From Alloprevotella sp. (GTDB taxonomy: Bacteria; Bacteroidota; Bacteroidia; Bacteroidales; Bacteroidaceae): DNA of 32,000 bases. Of the stretch, positions 28,678 to 32,000 are shown in pieces; position 1 is the stretch's first letter, and each line of letters begins with the position of its first letter. The notes below the pieces were generated by a model that was not told the origin of the DNA, ran no database searches, and saw only the letters and a program-made list of their open reading frames with translations. The position numbers and the translations under genes were made by a program. The DNA is taken from contig JAZOUA010000015.1 in NCBI GenBank assembly GCA_045657925.1, forward strand, positions 646 to 32,645, read 5' to 3'.

Positions 28678-29922
28678 ATGCATATGAAATCCATGCTAAC
28701 CCTGCTTCTTGGCGCGTTGATGCCCTTGGTGTGCGCCTTCGGAGCGAATGGCCAACAAGGCAAGTCGAGCTCCAAGGGCTCAAAAGTGATTATCGCGGTG
28801 AACACGCCCAATAACGTAGGCTACTTTGCCGACGCTCAGGGGCGCCTCTTGTTCAACCAGCAGTATGATGCCGTCGCCCCCTTCTCTGAAGGCCTTGCCA
28901 GTGTCAAGCAAAACGGCAAATATGGCTTTATCAACCTTAAGGGCGAACTGGTCGTGCCGTGCAAATACGATGGCGTGGGCAAATTCGCGGATGGGCTAGC
29001 CCCCGTGGTGCGCAATGGCAAGTGGGGCTTTGTCAATGCCCAAGGCGAGACGGTTGTTTCCCTAAGGTATGAGTCGGCCCACTCCTTCACCGAAGGGCTT
29101 GCAGGCGTTGCGCGCAATGACAAGTGGGGCTTGGTCAACACGAAGGGCACCCAAGTCGTGCTCTGCAAGTACGAATTCATCTCTGAGTTCACCCATGGCT
29201 TTGCCCCTGTGATGCAGAACGGCAAGTGGGGCTTTCTCAACCTGAAGGGCGAGCTCATCGTTCCCTGCAAGTATGACGAAGTGGGCAAATTCTCTGAGGG
29301 CCTTGCGCAAGTGTGGCAAAACGCGAAGGTGGGCTATGTCAATGCCAAGGGTGAGGTCATCGTGCCCTGCATTTACGACGAAGCCGGGGCCTTCAGCGGT
29401 GGCTTTGCGCGCGTCTGCTTGAATGGCAAGTGGGGCTTTGTCAACCTGAAGGGCGAACTCGTGGTCCCCTGCATGTACGACGGCGCTTCCGACTTCTCGG
29501 AAGGGCTCGCTCGTGTGGAGCAAGAGGAGAAGTATGGCTTCATCAATGCCAAGGGCAAACTCGCCATTTCATTCGCTTACGATTGGGCCGCCGATTTCAG
29601 CGAAGGACTTGCACCCGTGCTGAAGGATGGTAAACACCTATATATCAACAAGAAGGGCAAGAAAGCCTTCACCTGCGATTGCGACAATATCAATCGATTC
29701 TCCGACGGACTCGCCATCGTGACTCTGGACGACAAGGCGGGCTTCATCAATGCCAAGGGCAAACTCGTCATCCCCTTCACCTATGACGCTGCCGCAGACT
29801 TCGCCGACGGACTCACAACGGTGGATACCGGCAACGTGTGCTGCATCATCAACAAGGAGGGCAAGGTCATCGTGCCCGAATGCGAATCGCTTCGCACCTC
29901 ATGGTCCGTAGTAGAACTGTAA
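28678..29922 (+). CDS. secreted WG-repeat (KWG / WG_beta_rep type) protein, paralog 2
   Basis: 414 aa (alternative start ATG 28684). The signal peptide ..LLGALMPLVCAFGA is nearly identical to paralog 1, and about 11 WG units follow. No promoter box lies in the 109-nt gap, so it is probably co-transcribed with paralog 1. Confidence 0.8.
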   Translation: MHMKSMLTLLLGALMPLVCAFGANGQQGKSSSKGSKVIIAVNTPNNVGYFADAQGRLLFNQQYDAVAPFSEGLASVKQNGKYGFINLKGELVVPCKYDGVGKFADGLAPVVRNGKWGFVNAQGETVVSLRYESAHSFTEGLAGVARNDKWGLVNTKGTQVVLCKYEFISEFTHGFAPVMQNGKWGFLNLKGELIVPCKYDEVGKFSEGLAQVWQNAKVGYVNAKGEVIVPCIYDEAGAFSGGFARVCLNGKWGFVNLKGELVVPCMYDGASDFSEGLARVEQEEKYGFINAKGKLAISFAYDWAADFSEGLAPVLKDGKHLYINKKGKKAFTCDCDNINRFSDGLAIVTLDDKAGFINAKGKLVIPFTYDAAADFADGLTTVDTGNVCCIINKEGKVIVPECESLRTSWSVVEL

Positions 29923-30089
29923 TTTTGACAGCGTACAGATAACAACAGCCATTCGGCATAGAAATACACTTGAATAAGTAGGGACGCACGAACCGAGCGT
30001 CCGTACCGGCCAAGTGGAGCTCCCTCAACTTTCATCCTGCCAATTGGGAGTTTCTCTCATCTCTCAACTTTCGTCTCTCAACGTTAATC

Positions 30090-30108
30090 CCGCTTTTTGC
30101 GGTCTTTT
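30090..30108 (+). terminator. small GC hairpin plus T-run downstream of WG paralog 2 (weak terminator candidate)
   Basis: CCGC ttttt GCGG followed by tctttt. The stem is only 4 bp. Confidence 0.3.
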
Positions 30109-30186
30109 CCTCCCCCTTCCTCCCTCTATTCTCCCTCTCTTGCAAAAATGAACTGAAATGGACTAAAAGGTGATGAAAAGAAATTT

Positions 30187-30194
30187 TACCTTTG
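30187..30194 (+). promoter_or_regulatory. Bacteroidetes -7 box (TACCTTTG) for the 30288 lipoprotein gene
   Basis: Exact TAnnTTTG followed by CA, 93 nt upstream of ATG 30288. Confidence 0.5.
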
Positions 30195-30287
30195 CACCAA
30201 CGAGATAACATTGGCTGTAGCCGTTAATGAGGCTCTGACTACAAGCCGATATAAAAGTATATAGATAGAGCCTCCTTAAATATTGAT

Positions 30288-30902
30288 ATGAAAAAGATTT
30301 TCTTGTTCGCTACATTGGCTTTTGGTGCTATCACTATCGCCTCTTGCGGTAGCTCCGCTCCAAAGGGAGAAGGCACAGACGGCGTTGAAGTCGTAGACAC
30401 TGCTGCTATTTTGGCAAAGGAAGTTCCCTCGGTGGAAAAGGTCGACTCTATCGTTTTGGGGGCTCGTGAACTGAATTCCCAACTCGAAAAGATCTACGAC
30501 CAAAAGCATGTGGACAGACTCAAACAAGAATTCGGAGATTTCGACGTGGATGACCACATTGACAAGGAGGTCTTTCTTATTACCATGATGAAAAATGCTG
30601 AATTAACCAACATAGAGGACTTCTACAAGGAAGCCAAGAAGATTAATCCTGACTCGCTCGGCGTAGCCATGTGGATTGACCCTTGTGGTGATATGTATGA
30701 AAAGTTCTCCATCGCCTTGTTTGATGCCAATATGCTTCAAGCACAAGTGAAGCGCATCGAGGCGGCTGGATATTCGCTCGCATCGGAATCTGAAGAGGAA
30801 GGAATGTGCTACAAGAAGACTGGCGGCAAATGCTTCTGGGTCGTAAATCCCAAAAAGAATGTGGTGGAAGCGCATTTCGACTATGAAGCGAGCATGATGT
30901 GA
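30288..30902 (+). CDS. hypothetical lipoprotein
   Basis: 204 aa. Lipoprotein signal MKKIFLFATLAFGAITIASC. The mature part is acidic and I recognise no family. A -7 box lies 94 nt upstream. Confidence 0.6.
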   Translation: MKKIFLFATLAFGAITIASCGSSAPKGEGTDGVEVVDTAAILAKEVPSVEKVDSIVLGARELNSQLEKIYDQKHVDRLKQEFGDFDVDDHIDKEVFLITMMKNAELTNIEDFYKEAKKINPDSLGVAMWIDPCGDMYEKFSIALFDANMLQAQVKRIEAAGYSLASESEEEGMCYKKTGGKCFWVVNPKKNVVEAHFDYEASMM

Positions 30903-31075
30903 TTTTGATAATAAAATATTTCTGTTCTGTTCTTTCCAAGGCAGAGATTCAAATCAATGTTGCAACCTCAGTAATAGAACATGGGCTCTCCTAATCCGCC
31001 CTTATCCTTGCAATGGTCAGATAAGATATTATTGCTGTCCTGATATTCAAGCGGCACCACCATTGAAGTAAAGAG

Positions 31076-31118
31076 CAGAGCATCCTTCGCAAGGCGAGAG
31101 GTGCTCTGTTGCTTTTTT
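31076..31118 (+). terminator. intrinsic terminator with no adjacent annotated gene end
   Basis: CAGAGCA (31076..31082) pairs with TGCTCTG (31102..31108). An inner stem CCTTCGC/GCGAGAGG follows, then TTGCTTTTTT. It lies 174 nt past the lipoprotein stop. Confidence 0.6.
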
Positions 31119-31128
31119 GGGGGAGAGA

Positions 31129-31200
31129 GGTTCTGAGGTTCTGAGGCTCTGAGGTTCTGAGGTTCTGAAGTTCTGAAGTTCTGAGGTTCTGAGGACTCAG
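31129..31200. repeat. octanucleotide tandem array (GGTTCTGA) x8 plus one degenerate unit
   Basis: Units read directly: ggttctga x2, ggctctga, ggttctga x2, agttctga x2, ggttctga, ggactcag. The array lies between the convergent lipoprotein and HU genes. Confidence 0.95.
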
Positions 31201-31223
31201 CCCTCCCCCACCTTAGTCCCCCA

Positions 31224-31613
31224 CTAATCCAGCTGTTGCAACTGCACGGCGGGGTTCTTCAAGCTCAAGGAATAGCGCATCTTGCTCGAGGGCGTGAAGC
31301 GCACCAGGATGCCACGGATATGCTCCGCCTGCTCAAAGGCTTCGGTCGTAGCAGCCGCCTTCGATGAAATGCGGGCGTGGAATGAGCCGAGGTCGCCAAG
31401 GCGCACACTCTGACCATTGCGGAGGCAACGAATCACCTGCGTCTGAAGGGCATCGAGAACGGCCTTTACGTCGGCGGAATTCACCGTGCAGGTGTTGCTA
31501 ATGTTCTCGGCAATCTCGTCGAGCTTAACGGGAGTGACGGCAGCCGCACTGGCGTGGTAGGCATACTCCTTCGTGATGGGGTTCTTGCGGGAAATGAGAT
31601 AGTACTTGATCAT
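31224..31613 (-). CDS. HU-family (Bacteroidales-type HU-like) DNA-binding protein
   Basis: 129 aa. The pattern MIKYYLISRKNPITKE..Y.A......V.LDEIAE.IS..CTV..ADVKAVLDAL......L.NGQSVRLGDLGSF resembles the Bacteroidetes-specific HU-like family. Confidence 0.8.
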   Translation of the reverse strand: MIKYYLISRKNPITKEYAYHASAAAVTPVKLDEIAENISNTCTVNSADVKAVLDALQTQVIRCLRNGQSVRLGDLGSFHARISSKAAATTEAFEQAEHIRGILVRFTPSSKMRYSLSLKNPAVQLQQLD

Positions 31614-31621
31614 GGTTGTTT

Positions 31622-31693
31622 AAAAGAGATTAAAGGTTAAAGGTTAAAGATAAAAGAGTAAAGATAAAAGATAAAAGAGTAAAGATAAAAGAT
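31622..31693. repeat. heptanucleotide tandem array (TAAAGRT / AAAAGAK), about 10 units, containing an exact 21-bp duplication
   Basis: taaaggt taaaggt taaagat aaaagag taaagat aaaagat aaaagag taaagat aaaagat. The block 31649..31669 is identical to 31670..31690. The array ends 8 nt from the HU start codon. Confidence 0.95.
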
Positions 31694-31802
31694 GTCATCC
31701 GGACTGGTGCGCCCCAACGGGGCATTGCGCTCATAGCCCAACGGCAAGCGACTTAGGAGCGACAACTTGTGAGTTAGTTGAAAATGTTAGTGAGTTGTTT
31801 TT

Positions 31803-31899
31803 CTAGAGTACAACTGACAGAGTGCGGAGTACAGCTCCATGCGGAATCGTGCGCACATAAGTTCCAGATGGTACTTGTAATCTGTAATCTGTACTCTAG
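31803..31899. repeat. 10-bp perfect inverted repeat CTAGAGTACA / TGTACTCTAG flanking 77 nt
   Basis: 31803..31812 is the exact reverse complement of 31890..31899. The right arm ends 2 nt from the smalltalk stop codon. Confidence 0.9.
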
Positions 31900-31901
31900 T
31901 T

Positions 31902-32000
31902 TTACAAGCAGGACACGACGCCAAACGTTGTTGCAATGGCGGTGAGCACGGTAATGAGGATTTGCAAAATCTTTCCCCAAATGTTTGATTTGTTTTCCAT
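31902..32000 (-). CDS. smalltalk-type small membrane peptide (32 aa)
   Basis: My own translation of the minus strand from ATG (complement of 31998..32000) to TAA (31902..31904) gives MENKSNIWGKILQILITVLTAIATTFGVVSCL. The size, W..IL, hydrophobic LTAIA core and C-terminal SC fit my recollection of the Bacteroidales smalltalk family. It is absent from the ORF track, presumably because it is too short. Confidence 0.6.
   Translation of the reverse strand: MENKSNIWGKILQILITVLTAIATTFGVVSCL

Noticed and set aside
28836-29780. Several 64-153-aa minus-strand ORFs (28836..29288, 29062..29523, 29373..29567, 29577..29780) inside WG paralog 2
   Set aside because: They are shadow ORFs created by the repetitive, GC-rich third positions of the WG-repeat gene. 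Their periodic sequences simply mirror the WG repeats, and none has a promoter or independent signal.
30213-30280. Possible tRNA-like or small RNA gene in the lipoprotein leader (ggctgtagcc..., gaggctct...agagcctc)
   Set aside because: There is no T-loop (GTTCGAATC-like) or cloverleaf arrangement. It is better explained as a structured 5' leader downstream of the -7 box at 30187.
31129-31693. Whether the tandem arrays, and the 21-22-bp repeats at 21131 and 26903, are CRISPR arrays
   Set aside because: The units are 7-8 bp or contiguous 21-22 bp with no unique spacers between them. No cas genes are present.
31774-31980. 68-aa minus-strand ORF from the track (MGKDFANPHYRAH...)
   Set aside because: It is out of frame with, and overlaps, the much more plausible smalltalk-type ORF (31902..32000). 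It runs through the inverted repeat and has His/Cys/Arg-rich junk composition.
1-32000. Mobile genetic element or genomic island boundaries (integrase, transposase, tRNA attachment site, long terminal direct repeats)
   Set aside because: No such genes or tRNA were recognisable on either strand. The accessory-looking 26.6-32 kb block has no visible flanking direct repeats within the window, so no mobile element is claimed.

Overview
This window looks like a chromosomal segment from a Bacteroidota genome, probably Prevotella-like. Nine intergenic regions carry the Bacteroidetes -7 promoter box TAnnTTTG, no Shine-Dalgarno sequences are evident, and there are Bacteroidales-type genes (BACON lipoprotein, HU-like protein, smalltalk peptide). 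About 26.6 kb is ordinary housekeeping sequence, almost all on the + strand: xpt-pbuX, a nucleotidyltransferase plus TetR regulator (- strand), maeB, dxs, trkA-trkH, an M49 dipeptidyl-peptidase III lipoprotein, rfbB, a DegT-family aminotransferase, an LptD/OstA-like outer-membrane protein, a BACON-like lipoprotein overlapping an AlkD-like HEAT protein, an HTH-only AraC-type protein, a CyuA/YhaM-like cysteine desulfidase, and rsfS-ftsH-cdsA. The last ~5.4 kb (26.6-32 kb) looks accessory. It holds two tandem secreted WG-repeat paralogs that share nucleotide-identical N-terminal blocks, an uncharacterised lipoprotein, and an HU-family gene with a heptamer tandem array on its 5' side and an octamer tandem array on its 3' side. 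It also holds an intact 32-codon smalltalk-type ORF at the window edge that the ORF track omits. Intergenic spacers in this part are long and rich in repeats and hairpins. Elsewhere, a 21-bp phased array of dyad-symmetric sites lies upstream of the AraC-type gene. By eye I found no rRNA, tRNA, CRISPR array, integrase, transposase or recognisable defence or toxin genes. I cannot show that the accessory block is one functional system; that link is inference only.
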